Source: Schmidtea polychroa (taxonomy: Eukaryota). From it: 64,000 nt of DNA. Below the pieces are notes generated by a model. That model worked only from the letters and a program-made list of their open reading frames with translations. It made no database searches and was not told where the DNA came from. Numbering within the stretch: the first letter of the stretch is position 1; each line of letters begins with the position of its first letter. Both the position numbers and the translations under genes were made by a program. Below are positions 12,801 through 25,893 of the stretch, piece by piece. Where the stretch lies: NCBI GenBank assembly GCA_044892525.1, contig CM097885.1:32986001-33050000 (forward strand). Reading direction: 5' to 3'.

Positions 12801-15800
12801 AAACTGACATCTAAGAAATCTTTCGGCTTCAAATCAACGAATGAAAGAAATTTGTAATAAATTTTTGTTTTAATGAAATTCATCACATTTTTTCCAGTAT
12901 ATCCATTTAATCACAAATTTAACTGCACATATCAAACATTTTTTATTTCTTTTCTATATTTCTATATTATTGAAATTAAATTAAAATTTTAGAAATATTT
13001 TTTAAAAAATGCAAAAAATGCGATTTGTACATGACATTTGTCGGCGAAAAACTTTAAATCAGTATTTTGACATCTTTGTCGCCAATAGTTGCTACTTTCG
13101 TGCTTTATTATTTACAAGAAAGGCTTAAATCGCATTTAAAGAGTTTTAATTTAAGTTACGTAAATATCCGCGCTTTTTGGTGGACTGAGTAAAATCAAAA
13201 AAAAATTATTTTAATTAAATAAATTCTAAAAATATTATAATTTGAAATCGACATGATTTTTGTTTTAAATATTAGAAATTAATCTATAATGTAGCAAAAC
13301 TTTACGCAAGAAAAATAGGTAGAATCCTGTCGGTTTAAATGATCTCATTGCAATTTGATACAGTTAAGAACTTTACATATTAATTCACTTCAATAATAAT
13401 TATAAAATTTATGGTATAATATTATATAAATACTTTCAAGTGAATTAAATAATTTACCTTTCTGGTGTCCAGGGTCAAGAGAAAAAATCCCAATTTTGTT
13501 TTACCAGGTTGTATTGTTAAAGGTTATTATAAAATGTTTGTTTAAATATTTTTGTAAATTTTTTCAAATATTTCAATAATAATTAAACTCCGACAATGAC
13601 ATTGACACTGGATAGCAGTGCATTAAAAAGTTTTTTTTTATTAAATTAAAATAATGGTTTTATTTTTTAATATTTCACACATATAATTGTAAAAAAATTA
13701 TAATCAAAATTTTAATTTTATTCAATTTAAAAAAATTTTAAATCATTTAAATTGTTTTTCTAAATTACAAATTTAAAAAATTTACCCTCTCAGTATTTTC
13801 CAAACATGATTCTGACAGCTTTCTTTTCATAAGGCAACAACAAGCGATTGGCATTGTAGAAAAATGTAACTTGCCACTAAAAATATATTCTGTTATTTTC
13901 ATTTTTTATTAAATTTTATTTTTATTTTTAATTCATAAAATCTAAAAATAATCAACAAATTTCCGTTTTTATATATTCCTAAATGCATCCAGTTATTTAT
14001 AATATTTTGCACTTACTAATAGTTTTACACAGACAAATCGATCGACCAATAGTCGTTGAGAAAAGTACAATAATATTTAGAAATCACTTTAAAATAGATA
14101 CACAAATCAATAATTCGGTTTCACTAGTTGTTAAATTGAGATTTCGTTGAGATCCAATTTTGTCCAGATATTGCGTTTTTAATTTCTTGAAAAGTTGTAG
14201 AGACAATAACTTCTTCTTAACAATGATAAGAAAAGTAGTGAATCAATTTTAATTTTATAATTCCAGATTCTGATTGGTTAGTTTTCTATTACTGAGTTGG
14301 TGTGTATGCAGGTACTGCCTGGTTGTAATTCTGTAATTCTATAATTCTGTAATTACTAACTACTAGTTCCTCTGTCAGTGAGTGTGTATTTTGTTGGTGT
14401 GCTTTACCTGGGAGCTAGAGTTGCCTTTACCTCTCTCATCTCGTTTTTAACTTGTATATGAGGAGCGCCTTTTTTAAATGTCATATAATTTTTCGGATGC
14501 GAGTACAGACTCGATTGATTGGTGTGTTTGAAGGTAATACAATTTTGGAGTTTTCTATAGTGGAATTTTCAATTGAAAATGCCAATATCAATGAAAATTA
14601 TTCGGCTTTTCTTTAATGATACAAATTCTTAAATGTCATCTTTTTATTTTTTCCCCTCCTTATATTATTATTAGGTAACTAATAATTATTTTGCGTGAAC
14701 GAATGGATAGGAAATTATTTTTGATATCGAAACAGTTGATTTCAACTTGAATTATTATTTCGTTTTACATTCCAAATTTTTGGAATCATACAATTCGTTG
14801 AATTATTTTCTATATGTAGACATAAATTTTCCTCGTAATAATAAAAATAAAATTTGGACGTTTTTGGAGGCATCCAAAAAATAAATAGTTAATTAAATAA
14901 TTAATTAAATAATTAATAAGTGATTTGAATTGAAATAATATTATAATAATTTATTTTTGTCTGAATAATTTTTTTAATATATTAATAAAATTTCAATTGA
15001 AATTATTTTTACCATTAGGCTATAAATTGACTTCACAAAATTTAATGGTAAATAAAACATTTATGGAGCCACCTAAAATTATAAGTAAAAAAATTATTTT
15101 ATGTTTACATTTATTTTTTAATATTTATTACACAATTAATATTTAATTTAAATTATTATCACCATTAAAAATATATTAATTTATAAATTAATTATTCAGA
15201 AAAATGGGTAGTTAGACCATCATTTGAACTGCAATTAATTAAATAATTAATTTGTTGATATAATAAAAAATTTTTATCAGTAATTAAATTATTTTGTAAG
15301 TATTGAAATAAAAATTGGTTAGAAAATCATCTTAGAATGGTCAGTAATAAAAAAAATCAGTATTTTAAATATATATCCAGTTTATTTTTTTTTTAACACA
15401 CTAAGTTAACTGCAATAATTAATTTTTAATTTTTCATCTGATTTATTCATTTCTTTACCGGGTGGGATATAATACTCGTTCGAATTTTCACGTAACTTGA
15501 ATGTGAAAACTTTAATATTTTTTGTCAATTAGTAGGTTTTTGTCCATTTTTTAGCTATAAATATTTTTAGTCAATAAATATTTTATCATTGCTTTCATAT
15601 TGTTTTGACCATTTTTCGATAGAATCAAAGCACAATTGCATTCGTACCAGTTTTGATGTGTTGAAACCCAGATGTTTTTCAAATATTCAACGAAAGTATT
15701 TCAATTTTTCTCAGTTTAACTTAATAATTGGAAACTCGGGCTTCATTTCTATTTCTTCAAAATCAAACAATTTTTTATTTCTTCTTTGATTCTGCTTCAA

Positions 15801-16615
15801 ATTATACACCAGCCGAACATTGATGAGCTCTTTGTTTTGCTTTATTAGATCTATAACAAACCTTTTCCCCATCATCAATACTGTTTGTATAACTGAACCT
15901 CCATATATCTTCAGCGTTGACAAAATATATTACATGCTTGAACTAATTAACAATAAAACTTTTTTTTTGTTTCGATGACCTCGATGAATTATTAATTATA
16001 CTTCTTCGCTATTTTTCATGTATTTTCTCCATACTCATTAGTACCTTAAAAGTGCATTTTGAAAGTGATAGCTTAATCGCGTTGTCTTTGAAATTGTCAA
16101 TAGTGAAATTTCTATTTCAATATCAACAATTGTTTTATTGTTACAATACTCATTGTTTTTATTTACATGAAGAAAATACTATTTGATACTATTTTTATGT
16201 TTTTTATTTATAAAATTGTCATTTTTTGTACAGTTTTTTCTGATCACAGGAATTGTTTATTAAACTCAATTTATTCAACTTCTGAGAATTTCTGGATGAT
16301 TTAATAATTTCAGATTTTTCACTTGGAATGCTTCGTTTGGATTCGGTAAGTTATACATGTTGACATGTTGAAAAATGAAAAACTAGTGATAAGAAATTAC
16401 TATTTGGATTATTTCACCATAATAATTGTAAATTGTTTATTAATTTTATAGAACGTATAAATGTAAATAATTGTAATATTACAATAGAATTTGCAATAAG
16501 ATTATAATGAAATAAAAATTCACCGGAAAAAATCAGTAAAAATATGCAGTTATTAAAATTGCGGAAAAGGCTTACATTTTCATATGAATTATATTCATTT
16601 TAAATTAAAACAAAT

Positions 16616-16775
16616 TCACTTGAAAAAGGCAGTGCCGAAAATTCGTGAGTATCAACAAACATCGATATATTACTGATTTATAGTCTTCAAGCTCTTTTTT
16701 TAATAAATTCAATGGAAAAAATAATCAGTAGTGAAATTGGAAAAAAAAATTCTTATAATAAAACAATACTGTTTT
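16616..16775 (+). repeat. Dispersed ~150-bp repeat, copy 1
   Basis: TTCACTTGAAAAAGGCAGTGCCGAAAAT...CATCGATAT...ATCAGT.GTGA.ATTGGAAAAA...TTCTTATAATAA is repeated at ~34330-34475, with partial copies at ~9727-9795 and ~49873-49940. Confidence 0.8.
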
Positions 16776-18949
16776 TATTAAATATATTATTTTCTGTTTT
16801 TTATAAAAAACAGTAGGGTGACTTGCCGATGTGACGTAATCTGTAAAATTCTCATGTATACATATTATCATTTCCCATATATTTTGATGTAATTATTGAA
16901 TATATTATTTTGCTTTGTATTTCAAGTTTTTCTAGAGAAAGATTGTTGAAATTCATTGTATTTTATGTACCGGAATATATAAAATAAAATATTTACAATA
17001 CAATCTGATATTTTAATATAGAATAATGAAAATTTATTAAAATACCAAAAAAATAATTTCTTAGTCAACTGTTACTTTGACAGTTAAAGGATACATCACA
17101 TTTACGAATACGTCTAATCGGCAGTGGACTTGCATTTCCAAGGATTCGGCGTAGCACTTAGACCAGATAAGCTTATGAATAAAATGTAATTTGCTAGATT
17201 TTACGTTTCAAAATTTTTTAAACTCTCTTAAATGTTTTGCAGTACCATTTTCTAATGAAGTCAAAATTTGTTGTTTTAAACATAAATTAACATTTCTTGT
17301 ATCTTGATTGTTACCATTAGAGAAAATCCATAGAAGGGTAATCCTAAATTGGAAAAGTATTAAATTTATTAAAAAATATAAAGTTTTGGGCAGGCTAGGG
17401 AACTAAATTTAACAATTAGCTCCTCCATTTTAAGACTTAGATTAAAATTGTCAGACACTTCGATCCTATCCTATAAATCAAGTTATCATGTTGATAATAG
17501 AATATACTTAAATTTTAAAGGATTACGCGTTATTGGCATCTTCATATGCAATAATACTCAATTGTACAAATTACGATTACGATCCAAATTAAACATTAGA
17601 AATAAAATGAAAAAGTTCTCTAATTGAATCGAACCTAATTAATTAAAACAAAGATTTTAATTCGATATTCGAGGTTATTTGTTACTATCTAAGAAACTCA
17701 ATCTCACCCTTAATCGAACTCATAGACTTTGTGACCATGCCCCAATACTGATGATAGCCAACCAATCTCGAAATAAATATACTATTATAATATCTCATTG
17801 AATTTTACATTAAAAAGTTTAACATCCATTTCAATTAAAACTTTTAGTTAAATATTAATCAGTGATATGATTAATTTTTTACTTTGCAAATACTACTGAT
17901 AATTATAGACAATATTTATTTCAAATGAATTGTTTTAATAATTGCAAAAATAATTGAACGGTAAATTTTTTATTTGAAAATGGGAATTTCGTATTTCCAA
18001 ATATAAAGCGTTAAAATTATAAAAAATAATTAAAAGTTGTAATAATATTATTAATACTAGAAGAAACACCAGCCAAAAGGAAGATTTAGATTGTTAATAA
18101 ATAATTACATTAAATTGTTTACGTTGATTTAAAATTCCCCTTATATTACAATATTGCAAGTAATTTTTGCACCAATACCATAATAATAGGAAAAATGAAA
18201 AAATAAATGAAAATTCAATTAGAAATTTGAAACAAAAAATTTATGAAACCAAGTACAAAAATAAAACGGTTTGATTTAATATACTTTTCGTTCAATTTTT
18301 CACACAATTTTATTTATTTACATTTTTGTCATTTAACTGCTATAATTAATGTAGTGTTTTCAAAAAAAGTTACAATTCAATGATTTTTTCCTCCAACAAT
18401 AACAACATTATATTGACCATACAGAAATAGTGGCTTTCACAGAATGAAACAAGAATTTATTTTTATTTTATCCAAAGATCAAAAAACGAAAACAGATCAA
18501 AGATGACCAAAAAAATAAAGATTTTACTGATTAAACAGGAATTTCGATCAAAAAATATTAATCGGCCCATATTTTCCATCGAATGCTATAACAATCTTTG
18601 GAATAAGAAATATATGCGTGATATATGATAATATTAATTAATGTTTATAATAAATAATTTTTACTCTCTCTATATTATCTTAGCGTTTGATTGATTGATT
18701 GTGCCACGCAAATTAATTTAAAAAATATTGATATGTCAAATATAGTGTTACTTCCTTATTTCAATATAAATTCTTATCTATTCATTAACTTCGGAAATAA
18801 GAGATAACATAATTATATCTAAAATATGTAGAAATTAAGAGAGTGAAATATAGAGTTTCCAAAACCATGTTTTTTATGGTTGATTGTTTTTCAAAAAAAA
18901 TTATGAAATTTGCTTATTTAAATTTTAAAATAACAGTTAATCATAATAG

Positions 18950-19744
18950 TAAGTAGATAATTAAACTTTTTATAGAAATTATTTAAGATTAGTTTTTACG
19001 AATGACTTTAGTGTACTTTTATTTTTAGATTAATGTTTTGACGAAACTAGTGGATGCAAGACCTTGCTTTGAAAAAAAAAGTGACCAGTTCTAGGTAGTC
19101 AAAAGTTATCATTAACAAAATTGTAGAAATTGCAGCAATAAAGGACTTACAAATATAAAACTCATTAAAATATAGTGAAGACCTCAAAAATTTTCCGCTT
19201 CAAATAGTTATAGTAAAGGCAATGTTGTATGATAGAATATCAAAAATGTTATCCCTGCGAGAATTCTCTGACCTTTTATTAGTAAAATTGTCAGCTATAG
19301 CTGTAGCAGTTCAAAATATTACTTTTTGATTTTATGCTTTCGCTGCGAGGTAGGAACGAATAATAAATTACATTATGTATACTCCGTTAAAATGCAAAAA
19401 GTAACTTCATTGAGTGTAATGGAAGTTTTCAAGCATCTTTTGGGGGTTTATTCTTATCTAGCTATTCATCTGACCTTTTAAAATTGTTATAAAATTTCTA
19501 TTTTTATTCTATTCAAAAATGGTTCGAAAGATGTGAAGAACATTCATTAAGTCAGTACAAATTGTTTATGTTGGGGAGTTCACGATGAACCCAGTTATCT
19601 ATCTTTTTGACTTTCTTTATTGTTTAGAGATGTCCTAATATTGTTGTATGATCAATTTGTATTCTTTGTGCAAGTTGCTTCAGCTGCACTATGTTTAAGT
19701 TTGAACTCATACCGAATTTCGATGCGTATCTCATTAGCTGCCAT
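18950..19744 (-). mobile_element. Heavily degraded, internally deleted mariner transposase
   Basis: Minus strand from ATG 19744: MAANEIRIEIRYEFKLKHSAAEAT (mariner HTH1), IDHTTILGHL, KKVKK, WVHREL (WVPHEL motif), PLHSMK, VIYYSFLPRSESI. The 3' boundary is approximate. Confidence 0.72.
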
Positions 19745-19921
19745 TTTGGAATTAAAAATAAAAAATTATTAGTAAATGTAACGTTTCAAAAAAATATAAA
19801 CAAATAAAAATAACACTGATGTATTTATCTACTTGACCTTTCTAACAATTGAGGTTAGAAAATTAGATCAGTATTATCAACATAAATTGAGTACAAAAAT
19901 CTGACATTTCATATGGACCAA

Positions 19922-21330
19922 CAAGGCCGGATTATCCATTGTGTCAACTGTGCCGTAGCACAGCGCCCTGGCCCCGAAAATATAAAAAAAATAAAAATCG
20001 TATTTTTGATTTTCCATTATCAGACTCCGTATGTGATTTTTTTATTTAAAAAATAAATACGTCAATACAGCATCACCAGTTATTACTAGCAAGAGAAAAT
20101 ATTAATTAAATAAATAAATCAGATTAATATTAAAAAATATTAAAAAATATTTAACGACCAATCGGAAATAAAAAATGTCGGACAAACATGTTTATCTAAA
20201 TGGAGCGCTCAAACGTAAGCAAAAAGTTGAAAAGAAAAAAAAATTAATTAACAGTAAGAATATGAATTTTTTTTAAATTGGGATTTACAACGAACACTGT
20301 TCAATGAACATCATAGAAACTGACGTGCTTTGTTCAGATTCTCAAAAGTTAAACATAGCTTCCGAAGAAGCTGAAATGTTATTTAACTCTGAAGGAATTC
20401 ATGAAAAAAGACAATGGAGGTGAAATTCATTTAATTCATCTTGAAGTTAGTCAAGTGGCTGAAGCGACTGAAGTCGAAAATCAAAATACATTATTGAATA
20501 TTGAAGAATCTTAACGGAATGCTCGTGGCTTGGCAATGGTTGAATTTAGTAATGACTGTGCATTGTGAACTAACATTTCTGATAATATTCGTTAATTTTG
20601 GATTAGAAAAGGTAAAAATGATTGTCAAAATTATGATGATGATGATGATTTCGAAGCTTCGGAGAGAATTTATCCCGATGGTAGAAATCGAAGATTTTCA
20701 CAATATCATTTATATGGAAAACATGTATCTCGTGAAAATATTTTACGTTCGTGGCTGCTTTATTCACCCTCAACTGGAAGTGTATTTTGCTTTTCTTGTC
20801 GACTATTTTAGTCAAATTCAAATTTGCATTTGCTTCATACGCTCAGTTGAAAAATCATTTTATCAATCTAAGGAAAGGTTTTTGAAGTTTCTGTCTTTGG
20901 AAAGACATACTGGAGAAACACTACCCCTAATTCCGAAATTTAGTAACCTCTAATCTAAAAAAAATCAATAAATTTATAGTATGGGAACACACAAACTTAC
21001 CTGTGTGTAGAAATTTATTGTTCCGAAATTTAATAACTTTAGGAATTGAGAAGGTGACAGAAAAATAATTGAACATACCAACACAAAACACATAATGAAA
21101 AATGCATGCAAATTTATTATAGCGTTTTTTGTTCTGAAATAAATAACCATTAACCAATGTCTTTTTGGCTTATGAACTTGAAGTCAAGCGAATGATAATT
21201 CAAGTAAATAAAACTTTGATTTCTGATTTGTTTGGATTTGATTTATTCAAATACCTTGTTAGGTTTTTTAAACGAAATTGGTGTAGATATAGCAAATTTT
21301 CGTGGACAGTCATAAGACAACGCGGTAAAA
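19922..21330 (+). mobile_element. Degraded hAT element, ZMYM1/TTF zinc-finger type
   Basis: 5' end CAAGGCCGGATTATCCAT.... Coding remnants MSDKHVYLNGALKRKQK, RRFS...RSWLLYSPSTGSVFCFSCRLF (TTF zinc finger), ERFLKFLSLERHTGETL and FRGQS*DNA. Interrupted by a MITE fragment at 20924. Confidence 0.82.
20924..21160 (+). mobile_element. Truncated, diverged copy of the CACCTAACTGCGAAA MITE family
   Basis: TA|CCCCTAATTCCGAAA...TAATCTAAAAAAAATCAATAAAT...GGAACACACAAACTTACCTGTGTGTAGAAATTTA is shared with 57540-57780. Confidence 0.8.
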
Positions 21331-23193
21331 AACGCAGATAACAAATTATAATAAACCTACACATATTTATCTTATATCAATGGAATATGAATTTAGACAT
21401 TCTAAGAGATTACATTAATAAACCATAAAAATTGATGAAATGTACTGTGAATTTAGGTGAGCCTAAATTTTTTCAAGTCATTTCTTTTCTGGTTTTATTG
21501 ATATTGAAACCGTCATTAATTAGATAAAATCAACCGAAAAACTGAATTCTAGAGACAGAAAATTTTCACCGACAAAGATCTAATTAACTATTCCATTACT
21601 CAAGAGTAAGCGTGACGCAGTCCTACAGTTTCTTCAATGAAATGAAAATATTTCAAGATATAATTCTTGACAGTAAAAACAAATGATTATAAACATTAAA
21701 AATAATTAATGAATCTTTCAAATTCCTTCAATGACTGTGAAATGCGATTTTCAGTTTTAATTAATATATTAACTTTGTGATTTTATAAACTTTTATCATT
21801 TTTTATCCTTTATTTTCATTTTGACTATAGATCAAAATTCTTTTCATTATGCAAATTAATTTTGAAAAAGCTAGTGCTGAAAATGTGTAATACATTTGTT
21901 GGGTATTTTGTGTAAGTCGGTATCAATGTCTGACTCTTTTATTAAGCAAATCGAACAACCAATCGTAATAATATTTATTCGAAATTACCACAATTACACT
22001 TCTTATTCTTTACTCATTTTACTGAACCAATTTCCGTTTACACCACTTTAACTAACTATTTTTATTCTGCACACTTTTCAATTTCAAAAAATTAATCTGG
22101 CGGAGGGATATATCGTTCAACGGGAGTTCTTCCTTTCTTGTACTCAAATTGATTTGGTTAGCACTAAGTATCAAATTTACTTTCTATTCCCTTTCAATTT
22201 ACTGAGGTTCTTTCTTAGACCAACTGGCAATTCTGTTGACTGAACTGTTTTTTATATCAATCCCATAGTTTCATTATTTCCCCATCAAATTAATTTTGTT
22301 ATTTTTGGGTATCTTTTCTACGGCCTTCCTCTTGCCAACCTAAATGGGTTTGAGTTTGTAGCCTTCAGGTCTCCGGGCAATTTACTTATTTTTGACAACT
22401 TTTCTGTCGGATAATTTAATTTTCCTCATTCCAGATTTTGACAGTACCTAATTAAATAATAATGTTGATCACTCGTGTTTTCTCACACAACTCGGGTTTT
22501 CCATTTCCTTCTAACAACCCCCATTAGCTTCATTTTTATTATATTTGAACTTCGGCATCCATCCATACCAATTTTCTCCTGAAAATATTAATTTTTAATT
22601 TGTTTTATTTTTTAATTAATATCTTTTACTTTTAATTATTATTATGAGTTTGATGTTTTAATTGATTTTCACTTTGTTTTTGTGCCCATTTCATCGAACG
22701 CCAACAAATTGAAAAATACAAATTTTGAACTTTAATCGTAAAAAGAATAAATGAAATGTTAATACTCCATGTAATACAATTTATAATAGGGGCAAAAAAA
22801 GATGTAATTTTGGGAAACCTAGGTACGAAGAGATTTTCAATATATATAACATACAATAAATTAATTAGCTCAATTATTTAACGAGACTGATTAGTCTTTT
22901 CGAATGACTATCTCCATCTTCGACTCAGTCTCATCAAATACGTTTTCTTTAATTTGAAAATTAATTTTATTATTTATAGTTACTATTTTTAGTTAACTAC
23001 TTTAAAAATTACTATTTATTATTTTTCCAACCGTTACAAAACAACCATAACAAAACAAACATAAATTCTAGTTTATTATACTATCATGTATACCATGTAA
23101 AAAACTTGACAATATCAGATATCGAATCCAGTAACGTTTACAGTTAATAAAATTTATATAATTCGTTTTTTAAATGTATAATATCTATAGTCG

Positions 23194-23232
23194 TAGCTGA
23201 TGATGACAAAAAAACAGTCGAAATATATCGTA
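23194..23232 (+). ncRNA. Degenerate minimal hammerhead ribozyme motif, same family as 6007-6045
   Basis: CTGATGA-T-GAC(aaaaaaaca)GTC-GAAA-TATA-TC-GTA. Core intact, stems I and II weakened. The downstream flank resembles the 6 kb copy. Confidence 0.55.
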
Positions 23233-24349
23233 AAAGGAATATTTGAGTGGCGCTTTCTTATAATCAGGCCACTGCATGTTTATTTAATTATTTATTCAAA
23301 AAAATCAATATTTTAATTTTGACTAGCAAATGTTAATTTATTAGAAATCTTGTAAATTTGTGAAAAAAATATCTTTCAATAGATAATATTTCTGGAAGGC
23401 ATTCTTGAAGAATATCGTTGATTTACACATAAAATTTGAGAACAATTACAAAACTGCCACCGGTATTTAATTTGTTGTCGCAATACTTGAAAAATTCTTA
23501 TAAAAATTAAAAGTAAATTTTATTCATTCTTTCAATTTTGTGAGCAATATTTATCCTTCTGAATGGAATACGATTGTTGAGTTAAAATTAATTAAAACAT
23601 TTCTAATTTTCTGTAATAAAATTCTTTATAATTATTATTTTGAGTTTTGTCATATAAACAACAGTTAAAACTGTCATACTCATGAAAGCTTCAGTTTCTT
23701 GACATATTGTTTCCCACGAAATTGGGTTTAAGGTTCGATTTATCTGTCCTTTATGAACTCAATTCTAATTTGCTGAAATAATACTTTTTAAGGTTCCTTG
23801 ATATAAAATGGTTATTAGAATATTTAACAAGTTATGTAATGGCAAACTTGATCACTGATGGGTTACAAATTGTATATTGTTTGTGTATTTATAAAATAGA
23901 GTAACAATTACGATTTTAAATATATAAAACATAATATAAAAACAATGTTGGAACAGTTGTTAAAAATGTTATTATCTTCTCTTTGTTCTTTATATCTCAA
24001 CTGCATCCTTAATTTTATTCTACTCCCAATTGTATCCGATGTTACTATTCCTTTATTTATCTTTATTGTGCGTCCTAGAAGATGATATGCTTTGCAGTTA
24101 TTTTCAATTCTAATTTTCAAACGATTTCTTCTAGAATCCTCAAATGAGTCTTCATTAGTACCACAAGAAAATAAAGATAAAATTAATTTTAGAAAATCAG
24201 CCAAATAAAATTTAATAAATCTTACCTTTTTGAAAAAAAAATTATAACTGCTCTGAAATATTACCTTTTCATTTCATTAAAAATATTATTAACATTAAAA
24301 ATTAAAATTACTTAAAAATCAATAAAAATAAGTAAATTTAGTGACATAA

Positions 24350-25035
24350 TAAGTAATTTGCAAAAAAATGCAAAATTGACTTTGTAAATGCAAAAAATAT
24401 TTGCATTTATAAAGTTTCAGTAAAAAGTTATTTGTTTTAATTTTAACGATATTCAACGTGCAAAGGAAGCGGTTTTGGCAACTAACCTAGTAAAATTTGA
24501 TTGAAGTTTCTCGTAATTATTCATGCTTAATCAATGTGCTCGAAAAATTTGAAGACAGTGAATATTCAATCGAAAATGGCTTCAAAACATTAAATTTGCT
24601 CGAATGTACAAATGATCTAGTGAAAATAAAAGAATATTTAACACAAAGGCTTGCTGCTAATGATATAAATACATTATTGAAATGTGACAACATCGAAATC
24701 TCACCAGAGGAATACTTGCTATTAAAAGATTGCCTGCCTACATCTATACCAGTTGAAAGAAGCTTTTCAATGCTTAATTGGTATCGAACCTTTGATTGTG
24801 AGAATATTTTCTCATATTTTTCACATTATTATAATTCCAAAGTAAAACTGGCAAGCGATTAAATAAATTAACTAACATAACTTGGAATTTTTTAACACAT
24901 GTTTATTTTTTATTTCAAAAATTAACATTAATATCAATCATTCATAAATGCAAAATCTTTCGGAAAAATGCAAAATTCTCAATTGATAAATGTAACATTT
25001 TCAATTTTCAATGCATATTCTTCCTTGCCCTAATA
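24350..25035 (+). mobile_element. hAT-like transposase C-terminal remnant with AAATGCAAAA subterminal repeats
   Basis: ORF 24497-24862 contains PTSIPVERSFSML...RTFDCENI (hAT TS..VERSFS motif). AAATGCAAAA repeats lie on both sides, with a possible end GCCCTAATAAT at ~25030. Confidence 0.7.
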
Positions 25036-25893
25036 ATAAGCCTCAAGATGACATTGTTTTAGAATTTTAATAATATCAATAAATGTACGTGTTATAGTCA
25101 CAACTGACAATAAATTAGATCCATGCCATCAAGTAAGCTTTACTACACCCGTTTACAGTGAACAAATGCATCTACACCTAACTGCGAAAGTTAACATTGT
25201 CTATAATATACGTTGGTGTGCACACTACATAAGGTGAGTCACCAATTATATGACAATGTTAACTTAATTTCATTTTTTCAATTTTTCAAAAATCGTTTTA
25301 AGGTAAGTTTTTGAATTGAAGTAATATTTAGGACTTGAATTTTGAGATCATTATTCAAGTTCTTAAATATTACTGTTAGTCAGCATTTATAATATTGATA
25401 ATATATAACATTGATAATTAAATTTCAGGTGTTTTTTTTAGGAATTTTATGGTATTTTATTTGGATTTATTTGGATTTATTTCGTAAAAATGTAAGTTAG
25501 ATATTTTTATAATTATAAATAAGTAAAGTAATCACCAAACATTTATTTTTTAAAGACATTTAGTAAAGAATGGATAAAATATTTTTTAAGTTTTTGTAAT
25601 CTTTCGAATTTTGTCTTTTTCTGTAATTCTATGAAAATATTAATTTGTTAAAATAATTTATTAAAATTTACGATTTGCGATTTTTTTCCTGCAAATTCAA
25701 AGATGTCAAAGGATCTTCTTCAATATTTGTAAATCTAAGGAAATTTTATATTCTAAATTATTTTATAATTAAATCTTACGATGTATTTACTACTTTTTCC
25801 CTAAAGCTCAAGGTAGAGCAGTCAGAATCTGATTCAAAAGTTTTTTCGCACATAACTTTTTAATAATTTGAAAATATTGATATGTTAATTATA

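Noticed and set aside
15450..16300. MULE transposase remnant on the minus strand (EYLKNIWVSTHQNWYE)
   Set aside because: Only one weak motif; too degraded to call.
20501..20953. 150-aa ORF as a membrane protein
   Set aside because: It is mostly an off-frame reading of the degraded hAT transposase, running into a MITE.
22090..22600. LTR-retrotransposon pol tail on the minus strand (RGRP, PVERYIP)
   Set aside because: Short low-information motifs only.
23300..23880. Additional hAT remnant on the minus strand
   Set aside because: Coding-like, but no diagnostic motif could be read with confidence.
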